Shown here: piece by piece, positions 13,110 to 24,965 of the stretch
Layout of the letters: each line of letters begins with the position of its first letter
Numbering within the stretch: the stretch's first letter is position 1
Assembly: GCF_037042905.1 (NCBI RefSeq)
Contig: NC_087248.1
Location: forward strand, 6,014,001-6,078,000
DNA from: Lytechinus pictus
Taxonomy: Eukaryota
Length of the DNA stretch: 64,000 bases
Direction: 5' to 3'
Made by a program: the position numbers and the translations under genes
The notes under the pieces: model-generated
The model's database searches: none
What the model was told of the DNA's origin: nothing
What the model saw: only the letters and a program-made list of their open reading frames with translations

Positions 13110-13590
13110 CATTTGAAAAGGTCAAGTCCATCTCAATAGGAATTTTATTTGAATATAAAGGAGAAAACAAACAAGAATAGAGAAAAGAATAAAAAGGAAA
13201 AAAAAAACACAGGAAAGTTTAAGATATTTTAAAATAATTTGCATAAAGAAGTTATATGCTTGGTGCATTGATATGTCGATGATGTCAACAAATCACTGAG
13301 TCATTTTTGTATTGTATGAATTATACAATGTTTCAATTCTTGCACAAATACAATAAGAAAACATTAAATCGCAATATGTTATTTCAATTTCAATTAAATA
13401 TTTTTAGGGAGGAAGTAGAAAATTGAAATTTGTTATATTATCGATTCCTTCTTTTGCATACCAACCGATACATATGAATTTAGCAAAACTTGTATATGTA
13501 ATAACTCCCTCGATGAAATTTTCAGCATTAAGCTCGTTTGATTGTTCTCTTTTTATTCAATCAACCTTTTATTGGGGTGAGTTTCCCTTT
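13110..13590. mobile_element. Degenerate Kolobok/T2-like MITE (similar copy at ~25588-26169)
   Basis: Ends aaaggtcaagtccatc... / ...ggggtgagtttcccttt and internal gatgaaattttcagca motif shared with the element at 18279-18849. Confidence 0.5.
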
Positions 13591-13681
13591 ACATTTTCTT
13601 ATGGTAACCTGGACTAGCCCGTGGCACTCGTGATCTACAAGGTAAAAATGAAATTGGGTGTTTTTATATAAAATATCAAAT

Positions 13682-13830
13682 AGGCGCGGTAGCTCAGTTG
13701 AGAGCGCGACGTCTCGCAATCCGAAGAACTGGATTCGAAGCTTAGTCAGTCATATTGACGCTCATTAGAAAGATTTCATGGTAAGTTTGATATGGTTCTT
13801 ATCGGATGAACATAATAAACCTTTAATGAC
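13682..13830 (+). mobile_element. Degenerate tRNA-headed SINE fragment
   Basis: ggcgcggTAGCTCAGTTGAgagcg...ggaTTCGAAGc A/B-box-like head without an intact cloverleaf. Confidence 0.45.
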
Positions 13831-14323
13831 TATTGATTTCCTCATGGTATATCTATCATTAGCATTAGGGTTACCATTAAGTGTTCTGAGAAATACATGT
13901 AAGTAAAGTTGGTTGTCATGGTTTCGTATTCATATGCTAATCAAACAAAAGTTCAAGGTAACCGACGGGCGAAACATAAACTGAGTGTCTCAGCCCCTCA
14001 CAATCCATTTCACTGGTAGAATAATGATCTAATTAAATCACCTAGTCAAATTTGTTCTTGATAGATGAGTTGCAAAAAGAATTATGTATATACTGTATTC
14101 ATTTATAGCTCATGGTAAAGGGGTTATCACGGACGGATATTTTTGCTATTTTTTTTTCAACAGTATCCATGTCAAATACTTGATCAATATAAGTCTTCAT
14201 ATCAAAATGTACCAATAATTTGATATGGAAAATAAAAAGGTTTAAGTCTCTCACCACAGAATACCATGAGTGTCAAGAATTGAAATGTGTTATCAAAAAT
14301 AAATAAGAATCTCTTAGCTATTA

Positions 14324-14355
<32 letters not shown>

Positions 14356-14420
14356 ACATTTTACAACATTTTCGTTAGGGTAAACTTCCCCTTTAAATAC
14401 CTCTGATGATGTACTATTGA

Positions 14421-14606
14421 GTGTGTGTGTATGTGTATTTGAGTTTTGTCAGACGTGGATCAATCAGATATGATTATTTACGTCTGGGACCGACCTTTAA
14501 CGTCACCATCCGAAAGACGTGACCGGGGCTCGAACCTCGAACCTCTGCATCAATTTGTAACTTCCCCACATAGCTTGGATTACAGGCGCACGCCACAACG
14601 CCCAGT
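14421..14606 (-). mobile_element. SINE with 7SL/Alu-like head, B-box, Deu-like core and (CA)n tail
   Basis: Minus strand ACTGGGCGTTGTGGCGTGCGCCTGTAATCCAAGCTA matches the vertebrate 7SL 5' end recalled as GCCGGGCGCGGTGGCGCGTGCCTGTAGTCCCAGCTA at 28/36 positions; then GGTTCGAGCCC, gtctttcggatggtgacgttaaa, and a CA tail. Confidence 0.65.
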
Positions 14607-14735
14607 TAGCTATTGGACACTAACCACAACCATGGCGCCATCAATCGAATATTCTCCAAACAATTTCCACTCAATTGTAATGATTAACATACTCAATATT
14701 GAATTTGTATGCCTACGATAAAACAAACTGTAGAG

Positions 14736-14739
<4 letters not shown>

Positions 14740-14780
<41 letters not shown>
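14740..14780. repeat. (AT)n microsatellite
   Basis: Perfect AT run. Confidence 0.95.
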
Positions 14781-14783
<3 letters not shown>

Positions 14784-15510
14784 AGGCGCAGATCCAGAGT
14801 TGGACTTTACGGGGCCCGAATTTTCCTTTTTAAAATGAGAAGAAGAAAGAAGACCAGCAATCCGATAATGAAGGCATTTCGTTTCTAGGAAAGATTGACA
14901 AGCAATGAAAAAATAAGGGGGGGGGGGTCATCGCCTATTTTTCCGGGGTGCATAATGAAAGCATTTTATGGGGTGAAGCACCGGTATGATTTCAAAATTT
15001 TCAGGATTTGTCCGCACCTTCCACAACCACCTCGATCCGCGCCTGTTATAGCTCTATGATCAGGAAAAATATTAAAAGAAACTATTCTATTTGGACTGAA
15101 ATTGTCTAAAATTGTACATTAATCTAGAAAAATGCGTAAATTATCTCTTTTCTTAAACTTCTACATTCATTAAGAGACAAAGTTTGTTTGAAATGAATTA
15201 AAAATTCTACATTCACGAATCATAAGATAGTAGACCACTAGGGGCACATCCGGTCCGTACCCCCCCCCCCCCTTGAGAGGCATAATACAAATTTGTACGG
15301 TAATGTAAATATGCCGTTATGACACACAAGTGTCCACCCCCCCCCCTTCCTTTTTCAAAGCGAGAACTCTCTTTTTTCTTTTTTCTTTTGCTTGTCAATT
15401 TTTTATGTGGACGAAATGAACTTAAATTTCGGGTGAAAACCTTTATTTATTCTTTTTTTTTAGGGGGACTTGGATCCTTCCTTACCTGTAGTAGACTCAC
15501 GTTGATGAAA

Positions 15511-17976
15511 TTATCCAATGATGCCACAAGCCTTGCGAACGCCATTTACAAGCTTCTTAACATCAGCTGTCTCATAGAGGCCATATTCCATGTCTTCTTC
15601 TGAAATCATCTCCGGAAACGCAACTGACATTCTATAGGCTAAACCAATTTTTAGAAAATAAAAAGGAGTTTTGCTAATACATCTGTAATACTAAATTGAT
15701 TCTAGTTAAGAGAGAAAAGAGCATCAGCATATCGATAAGATGTGACTTTTTCAATCAGATAAACGTGCTGTTTCGAATGGTCTTGACTTCCAAAAATCGG
15801 TAATGAAATCATAATGTTTAATTAATTTTCGGGGCAGAAGTTGGGGGATGATTAAAACTTCATAACATAACATCATGAACAAACATGTACAAAGAGCGAG
15901 TGATGTGAGTTCATCAGCCTGATATTATTGAACATCCCAGATATCTTGCAAAGAATAATAATAAACAGAATTGAACAATGGCAAAACAATGAAAGACTTT
16001 TGATGTCAGTTTCTATTTCAGTGTGCAATCTTAATATAATCTGACACTATTTACTCAAATCATGTTAAGTGACAATTACCCACACGGTGTGGGAAATGTT
16101 TCACAGAGTAAATGAAAGGGACTTGTAGGGTGTAAAAAGGACTTCGTTTGACAAAATTCGATTTTTTTTTATTTGATTTTGATTTTATTTGATTTCTGCA
16201 TTCATCAGCTTATGATAATCATGCAACATAAAACATTTCAAGTTTTACAAAACAATAATACAATAGTCATATAAGCATTGACAAATATTATTCACTTGAA
16301 AGAAAATATCATAGTTTAAAGGAATGCAGGAGACCGCCATCGTGAGCGATTAAGCTTGAAAATGATGGCGGCCTCGTAAATATTTTGTCAAACAAAGTCC
16401 TTTTTAATCCGTCAGTTACTTCAGCAAGTCAATTTTTTAAAGGTGAAGGTCTGACAAGTTGTCGGAAGAGATGTCAGTGAAACGCTCCCTGAATACCGTT
16501 TCACTGATGACAGTTGATGGCGCACTTACCTAAATCACGTGAAGGAATTTGATTGACGACATCACACCCAGATTTGACTCCTTTCTTTATGTCATTCCCG
16601 ATCGTCTTTCCTGCATGTTTCACCTTGTTGAAAGCCTTCTTAAACCAGTTCTGCAGCTCCACGTCATCCAAATCTAAATCATCATCTTCTGTAAGCATGG
16701 TAAGTAGAAGAGATAAATTGTATTGTCCGTCAGCTTCAAAATACCGGAATGATTTTTCCCTTATGATTAGACAGTCGCCATGACTATTCAATTTTCAGAC
16801 TAGCATTTAAAACCCATCTTTTTTCTAGTTTGTATGTACATAAAAAGCGTTTTGGGCCAAATAGGAAAGGCGCACACATCATAAATAATGCTTAATAATA
16901 ATTGTGTGAGAAATATTTTATATGCTTTGCGAATAGCACTTGTAAAATGAATTCGATGCATTTGTAATTATTCGAGACGATTGAGCCCCTGCACATTTTA
17001 TTACATAATCAAATATTGCACATCGACGAACAAAATGATTAATCAATGTACAAATGGGACAAAATATTGATCATTTTGTCGTACATTACTGATGAGAAAA
17101 TATGAGATTTAAACAGCTCTGGACGACAAATGTCCATCAAATACTCCCCAGAAAAGACTAACAGAAGACTAAAAGATTCGTCCTTACACCATGTATAATA
17201 TTATGCCATTATACTAAACTATCCCTTTCTCCTCATACCAACTCTCTCGCTCCCTAACCCCCCCCCCCTCACTCTAATTCTCCCTCTCTCCCCCTCTTAA
17301 TCATGTTAATACACACTCTCTCTATCTTTCTCTATCCATCCATTTATTATATCTATCTACCCCTCTCCGTCCCTCTTTCTCTCTTCGTATGTTCGTTTCT
17401 CCATATCATTTTCTCTCACACCCACCCCCTTCTCTCACCGTACTTGTCTGTGCGATGGTGTAAATATATATTATTTATTTATATTTTTAATAAGTGCTCA
17501 AAACTGATTCACAGGCTTGTACAAGTTAGAAAACAAAGATAAACTTTTGAAAGTGTTGGGTAATCTCATGTTTTGCAGCAATAAGATATTCAGATCTAAA
17601 CTCCATCGTATAATAAAGGAAATAAAGGAATGAACCTCAGGCTTTTTTTTTGTTTACATCGACAAATATGAAAACGAGTACAGAACAGGAAAAAAATATA
17701 TACATTAATAATTGTTATGGTATTTGCTTCATGTAAACATTCTTTGGAAAGTCGACAATTGCACTCCCTCTTTAGGTTTTGACCTCCAAGTACTTTTCCA
17801 TACATTTCCAGAAAGGGGTAACGAACGCACACTCAACCATTAATGTACAAAGTAAGGATTTTATTGATCTTACCAAGCATATCTTCAAGCATGTATTCAT
17901 CAAATTCTTCCTCATCATAACCATATCCCAACGACACTGCCAACGCCAAAGCTAGGAAGAAAATCGTCACCTTCAT
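15511..17976 (-). CDS. Centrocin-like antimicrobial peptide precursor A (129 aa); coding exons 17976-17874, 16688-16530, 15638-15511
   Basis: GT-AG phase-1 introns join to MKVTIFFLALALAVSLGYG-YDEEEFDEYMLEDMLEDDDLDLDDVELQ-NWFKKAFNKVKHAGKTIGNDIKKGVKSGCDVVNQIPSRDLAYRMSVAFPEMISEEDMEYGLYETA-DVKKLVNGVRKACGIIG*. Heavy chain resembles centrocin GWFKKTFHKVSHAVKSGIHAGQRGC. An alternative in-frame exon-3 acceptor (tcag) lies 15 nt downstream. Confidence 0.85.
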
Positions 17977-18278
17977 TTTGGTGGTATTTGATCTGCAAAG
18001 GAGATAAACAAAATGTTTTTTAAACTGTTTCAGTAAAGCTTCAAATTCAATTTTAAAAAAAATCATGACTCCAGTGAAATTGAATGATTTCATTTCGTGA
18101 TAGAACCTGAAATTTGAATGATTTTGATTTTCATTAATGTTTCCTTTTCAGCCTACACAATATAATGAACTCCAATGATTCCCATTGTTATAATGATTGT
18201 TGGCCTAAAAACATTTCAAACAAAATACACAGACAACACTGGACTAGGACAACTTATACAAGTAAGATTTGAATTTAA

Positions 18279-18849
18279 AGGGATGCTCCGGGCTGAGAGT
18301 ATTTATATCTAAATAAATGGAGTACAATTCAGAAAGCAAAATGCTGAAAATTTCATCAAAATTGGATAACAGATAACAAAGTTATTGAATTTTAAAGTTT
18401 AGCTATATTTTTTTAAACAGTTATATGCACGTCGTCATGAATATTCATTAGGTGGGCTGATGATGTCACATACCCACATTATTTTTTTTATGTTATTACA
18501 TGTAATCATAATTGTTTGATTTTTTTCATATGTGTAAATGATGTGTCTCCAATATAATGAATTACGTTGCAGCAATAAATAACTAAATAATGCACTTAAT
18601 CAGTTGTTTATCCAATTGTTGTAGTTTTTTATAGAAAAATTCTTAATAAACCTAATTTCATGTAATAAAATACAAAAGAACTAGCGGGGATATGACATCA
18701 TCAGCCCACCTAAAGAATATTCATGTAGACATGCCTAGACCTGTTTCAGCGAAATAATGCATATCTTTAAAATTCAATAACTTCGTTATTTGTTGTCCGA
18801 TTTTGACTGATCAAACTTCAATTTTCCGCAATTTGCCTGGATCATCCCT
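18279..18849. mobile_element. Non-autonomous Kolobok/T2-like MITE
   Basis: TTAA target duplication on both sides; TIRs agggatgctccgggc / gcctggatcatccct; long imperfect internal inverted repeat. Confidence 0.8.
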
Positions 18850-21549
18850 TTAATTTTTTTTTTTTTCTTTTTTTTTTTAATCTTCGAATGATTTTCATTT
18901 GATGTATTTTTAAAGAAACATTGAACTAAACAAGGAGGAAATATTTGAATTATTAGTATAAAGATGCAAATATGCCAATCAAATTTATAATTCGTATAGA
19001 TTAGGATAACAATTTTGCCAAATAATGACGCACTGGCTTAATACCGTATCTATCTGGTCTGAAGAACATTAGTTATAAACTGGTTAATAGTCAAATCGTG
19101 GAATCAGGATTGCATGAAATTGTAATGACATTAATTATCTTGCGCATATATTTTGAAACGAATCACATTTTTAATACTATAAAATTCCATGTGAACAAGA
19201 TATCACAATGGTATTGTCGTTGGGGATAAATAATGCCCTACAATGGAAATAAATTAACCCCCCCCCAAAAAAAAAAAAAAAAAAAAAAAAAATGGTTAAA
19301 CTTCGTGTAAGAAGGACTTGATTTTTTTTAAGGATTATAAAAATCTACACTATATGGTAACGAAAATGCAAATATCTTTAAAAGCTACAACTCTACACTC
19401 TGATATGGAATTGACACATTTCCGATAATAAATGTTCAGTATCTATATAGGTTACTGAAGAAACATAAACGAAAACAAAATCATGGTATGGTTACCCGTG
19501 TGCTGTAACGATGATGAGATGAATCTATCTTCCGATACGAACGAGGGTGATTCTTTGATATAAACTGCAGCAATATATCTAGACCAACGTGCTTATCTTG
19601 CCCTCTCGCACCTTTCACTCACTCTGACACCAAGCGGATTGAGTCTTTGATAACGAAAAATATATGAATATACTTGATACATGCCTTTTTATTCACGATT
19701 TTCATACACTGCTATAAAAGGTAAACGCAGTGCAAACACATTTTATCCCAAAGCTCCGCTGTTATTGGCCAATTGTTGTGATCACGTGACGAGGAGCAGT
19801 GCGGAATAGAAAGGAGATGTAGGCTATATAGTGTTAACTTCACTGTCATGAATAGAGTTATCTCAGCATATGGCCGTCTAACACATCTTGTGGTAAAATA
19901 TCACTGGCTATGTTGAAATAATGGATTTACAGGAATGAATTAAATAAAAAATGAAATAAAAATTGTTTGTGCTAGTTTTTTGTTCTACTCCCGTTCTTTT
20001 AGTTCATTTACATTTATACGTGCTTGGTCGGTTCGTTCTTTGTGAGTGTGATGGAGATGAGAATCAAAACTATTTATATTTGCTTTCTTCAGGGCCCTGG
20101 GAACGATTTTAAATGGGGGGGGGGGGGGGTAATGTGTGTTTTGTTTTGAAATTGTTCCAAAATGAAGGAGATGTTGGTAAACAAAAAAAAAAGACGAGCA
20201 ATTTTTGCTTGTCAACCTGATTTGCAGGGGGTTGTTGGCTATGATAAATAACATTCGCAGCACTTCCTGAAGAATATTTGGGTGTGAACAGCATCCCCAG
20301 CCTCAACATTCAGATGAGCTAAAAAGTATACCACGGGAGAAAGGTTTATAGCATTGTCCAAATAGAAATGAAATGTGTCCGTTAGTTTAGTTACTTCAGG
20401 TTGTTTTTATACGACTTATGCGAAATGAGGCAATTGAGTTCTTTCTTTTTCTTGAATAAACAAAAAAAAATCCAATTAATGAGAATGATTTTGCTACACT
20501 CAGACAGTAATAATCATGAAAACTGCATTAAAAAAACTTATTACGGGTATAGGCAAAATAACAAAAAATTAATCTTTTTGGTTTTACCATGAGTCAACTT
20601 TGGTAGTCAGTGAGTTCTAATGAGTTCATGAAGACAATTCCATTGTTCCACTACCAATACATTGCACTTCATATACTTTTATTTTTTGCTTGTTTGTTAG
20701 TTTGTTTGTTTTTTACTACCTAATGCCTTCCCATATTCTAAAGTATGCACCTTTTTGGTTTTCTTTTTTTTTCTGAAATACTAGCATGTTCACAGTCTAG
20801 ATATCTAAAATCGGAAAGCTTCATAACAATCCCTTTCATGTATACTCCTGGCTCATCCATCTTACTCAAGCGTGAAGGTAATCGTTAAAAAAATGGTGAC
20901 CATATGTAATGATTTCTAGGATAAAACGAACATCTTTCTAATATAACTGGTATATGTCCAATACCAGCAGTTTTCATAGAGTGTGTCTTGGATTCATCTC
21001 ATCTGCTATGCAATACCATTCTTGATTCTTCCTGAGTGTACGGGTAGGCGATCGATCAAATTTGAAGCACAATTAGTTGTCGTAACGTTACATTCCATTG
21101 GTGATGATAATGATTGATGATTGGAGGTATATCTTCTTTAGAGGGCGCTTTATCTATCTACAAATAGATGAATTCTGACACAAGACCGGTAGTTTTCATT
21201 TTCAGGGTTATTTTCCTCCTGTAAACCTCGATTCCAGATTGCAACAGTAAGGTAAGTTTGTCCATATTACTATCCATTTTGTTCATATGTTATTTTGTTC
21301 CCTGAAAATGACTTGTTCATAATTGTATAGATGTAAGAAACACATGAAGAAGAATCGCTGTGTAGGGAGGAGTGGGAAAGTCAAAAAGAAAATAATTTTA
21401 GATGATCAAAGTTTATTGCTGTATAATATAGTCATCATGTTGGCAGGATGAATAACAATCTTTGGATATATCTAAATCTTAGAAATTCATTTTAAAAGGT
21501 CATTTACGACTTTGTAGTAGGGCATAATATCCATATTTTGGTGACAGTA

Positions 21550-21788
21550 CGCTGTAAAAACTGTGGTGTTAAAACTGACACCAGTTGGTGTTAATAGAGG
21601 ACCACACCCTGAGGTGTTAAAATAACACCCTAGAGATTGAACATAACACCAAAGAGTATAAATGTAACAATCATAGGTGTTGTAATAACACCTATAGGTG
21701 TAAAACTAACACTACCGATTTAACACCGGTGTAAAATAACTGGTGTGGTCCTCTATATACACCGGTTAACACCACAGTTTTTGCTGTG
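21550..21788. mobile_element. MITE with TA flanks and internal taacacc/ggtgtta repeats (related fragments at ~3228-3452 and ~12560-12670)
   Basis: TIRs ..aaaaactgtggtgttaa / ttaacaccacagttttt.. Confidence 0.7.
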
Positions 21789-22446
21789 TACTTTTTGAAC
21801 TCAATCATTGATCATATGCACCGCTTCCAGTATTAAACGTATGAGCCCATTGAAATTAATTATTGTACCTAAGATTCTTTACATTGAAAGAAGACACGAG
21901 GGCTTGCTTATTTTACAAGCACTGCTTTCAGGCTTTTAGGCAAGCCTCCTCCGTTTTGTTACATCATTTTGTTTTCTTAGCTGAGTCTGATTCGTTCTTG
22001 TTAAATTGGGATGTTTTAAATTCAAACCTGAATTAATCACTGAATGATTTATTATTATACATTCATATTGTTATGTTTGATATCATTTTTGTAAATATTT
22101 GACTCTGTGGGCCTAATGTTAGTTTNNNNNNNNNNNNNNNNNNNNNNNNNNNNNNNNNNNNNNNNNNNNNNNNNNNNNNNNNNNNNNNNNNNNNNNNNNN
22201 NNNNNNNNNNNNNNNNNNNNNNNNNNNNNNNNNNNNNNNNNNNNNNNNNNNNNNNNNNNNNNNNNNNNNNNNNNNNNNNNNNNNNNNNNNNNNNNNNNNN
22301 NNNNNNNNNNNNNNNNNNNNNNNNNAATAACAAAAAAATCTTGGTGAATCCTATTAATTCTTAGTATTGAAATGAAACTTTATTGTTTTGCTTCAATGTT
22401 TTTTTTTTTTCGGGTTAAGTTCACATCAGCGGACTGTCAATTCATA

Positions 22447-24858
22447 ATGAACTACTCGTCGATTGTCATCATAGTGCTGCTAGCTGTGATCGGGTTAGAC
22501 CTCGGACAAGCTACTTACGATCATGACCTTGAATTTACAGAGGATGAGTTCCAAACTCTAATGGATATGATGGAGGGTAAGAGTTTTCTTTTCAACTTTA
22601 ACACCTTTGAATTTCAGATGGGAGGAGAGAACAACTGACTTTTATCATGGATAGAACAATGTAAACCCAAAACTAAGAGTGGGGTGGGCTGGCTTAAGTT
22701 TGCATTCATATCATAAATGAGAAAAACAGAAGAGGAAGAAAGAAATATGTTTATGTAAAGACTGAAGTAAAGGCAGAATAATAATTGGTGTTGTGGGTGT
22801 AAAACGACCGAGAGAGAGGGTCAGAGAGAGAGTGAGGGAAAAGTTGGATGATGGGGCGGCGGCTCCCTGTATGCTAGGTTCATAACCCACACGGAAAACG
22901 TATTTAATCTCCCTTACTTAAAATCATTATTTCAAGCTATACTGGAGACAGATAATGAAAACGTCAAGAATGTGCATAACGAAGAAACAAAACGCACACA
23001 CCAGCGACACGGTTGAGTTTTACAGATGTAAAACGATTTTGATTTGTAAGAACATAACTGAATGAAAGATTGATGAATGATTTTCCTGGTTTTAGTTTGA
23101 ATAATTGATTTGTACTGCTTACTGGTACATTGCATGTGCATATGCTCGACAAAGACCCTCATTTTTTTCAAAGCGCTGCAAGTTTCTTGTTCAATATTTA
23201 AACGATTGTAACAGATTCGGAGGCTGAACGCGATTGTTCTATTCGTTAGCATAAACACTATCATTTTGTTTTTGTTTTAATTATCTGTTATCTTTCTATT
23301 GATGTGTTGTTATATGATTGATATTTCATTACCTATTCATGTTTTACACTTAATGATTACCAGTTATCTGTTATTTTCTTTCTATTTTATTTATTGATTT
23401 GTTGTTTATATGATTGACATTAATTACCTCTTAAAACTGTAAACTTATATTCATACTTTGTTTCTATTTAAATTGATTATATTGCACTTGTTTTATTTAC
23501 GTTATGTTTAAATTGTAAAGCGCTGTATTGTATTAAGTTCTATATAAAAGCTCCATATTATCATTTATTATTATCATTTTATTTTCAATATCTTAACAAT
23601 TACAATAGATTCAGAGAATGAACGAGATGTGCGCCTCTCTAACTGGTTTAAAAAGGCATTTAATTCTGCCAAAGATTGGACGAAAAAGGCCGCCAGTGAC
23701 GCAGGGAAATGGACGAAGAAGGCTGCCAGCGATGCAGGAAAATGGACCAAAAAAGCCGTCAAAGACGCAGGCAAAGCAATCAAGAAAGGATGTGGATATG
23801 TCAACGAGATACCGGTAAAAGAACTTGGTAAGGGATTCTCTTTCCTGTATTTCTACTTTCAAAAGTCAAAATACAATGTCAAGATTCAGAATTTGATATT
23901 CATTTGCTGTCATTACAATTGGGCAAATTTTTATTTTCGTTTCTCAATCATTCAGTCTAACTCCTTTTCCAATTTTACTGATTCAGATAANNNNNNNNNN
24001 NNNNNNNNNNNNNNNNNNNNNNNNNNNNNNNNNNNNNNNNNNNNNNNNNNNNNNNNNNNNNNNNNNNNNNNNNNNNNNNNNNNNNNNNNNNNNNNNNNNN
24101 NNNNNNNNNNNNNNNNNNNNNNNNNNNNNNNNNNNNNNNNNNNNNNNNNNNNNNNNNNNNNNNNNNNNNNNNNNNNNNNNNNNNNNNNNNNNNNNNNNNN
24201 NNNNNNNNNNNNTGCTGATGATGACGATGTCAATAAATCATGGTGATGGAGATGATGATTATGATTAAGCGAAGGTTGCAATTATTGTCTGACAAGTTGT
24301 CATATCTGACAACTTTCCTTGATTTTGATTGGCCGAAAAGCGCAGGTGTTTGACTGTTGCGAAAGTAACTGCTGGATAAAACAAACTCTATATTGTCTAA
24401 TAAATTGTCTGACAAATCTTTTCAAGGAACTTCCCTGTGCCCATGCAGTCTTAAGAATTGTAATTGATTCGATTGATCTCAACTATGGAAAGTCAGCAAA
24501 AAAAATAGTTTTTAAGTGTTTTTTTAATTATGGCATAATATGCATGCAACGTTGTCTTAAAAAAATCAGTCCGCCTTTTCCCTTTCCAAGTGGATGATGC
24601 TGTGTACGTTTCCTACATGAATAATTATGACATCGGTGGCTTTCCATAGCTGATTTCAGTTTCAACCTAAAACATATAATATAAACGTGTAATAACATGA
24701 CAACAAATACTCAAATATACATTTTAAATATATTTTATTCAGTTTATCACAGAACGAAGGAGATGACAGAAGAAGAGTTTATGTCGGATGTCGACGAGGC
24801 TCAGCTAGCAGCAGCTTACAATGCTTTAAAATCAGGTTGCAAAATCATTGGAAAGTAG
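22447..24858 (+). CDS. Centrocin-like antimicrobial peptide precursor B (154 aa) with repeat-expanded heavy chain; coding exons 22447-22576, 23609-23827, 24743-24858
   Basis: GT-AG phase-1 introns join to MNYSSIVIIVLLAVIGLDLGQA-TYDHDLEFTEDEFQTLMDMMEDSENERDVRLS-NWFKKAFNSAKDWTKKAASDAGKWTKKAASDAGKWTKKAVKDAGKAIKKGCGYVNEIPVKELVYHRTKEMTEEEFMSDVDEA-QLAAAYNALKSGCKIIGK*. Same exon layout as gene A. An N-gap in intron 2 could hide further sequence; an alternative exon-2 acceptor gives a start at 23615. Confidence 0.85.
23644..23775 (+). repeat. Coding 33-nt tandem repeat (four 11-aa units each starting with Trp)
   Basis: TGG codons at 23644, 23677, 23710 and 23743; units WFKKAFNSAKD / WTKKAASDAGK / WTKKAASDAGK / WTKKAVKDAGK. 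Confidence 0.9.
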
Positions 24859-24965
24859 AAGGATGCACATCGACTTACTCTCCCTCTTTCAAATCAGGTG
24901 TCTCTATTATGCTACAATCTGACAGTCATACCAAGGAAACCGCCTGCAAACCGAACGATTGTTAC

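Noticed and set aside
14560-14606. Possible SRP/7SL RNA gene or human Alu contamination
   Set aside because: Similarity stops after ~40-50 nt, with no S domain, no Alu body or A-tail, and the flanks are contiguous host-like sequence.
21205-21216. NF-kB-like site GGGTTATTTTCC upstream of AMP gene B
   Set aside because: Spacing is longer than the canonical 10-11-bp site, and a single short motif is not significant on its own.
23629-24246. 205-aa ORF as a single-exon gene (likewise 16501-16791, 17833-18093, 22372-22638)
   Set aside because: These are read-throughs of AMP exons into introns or N gaps; the spliced models explain them.
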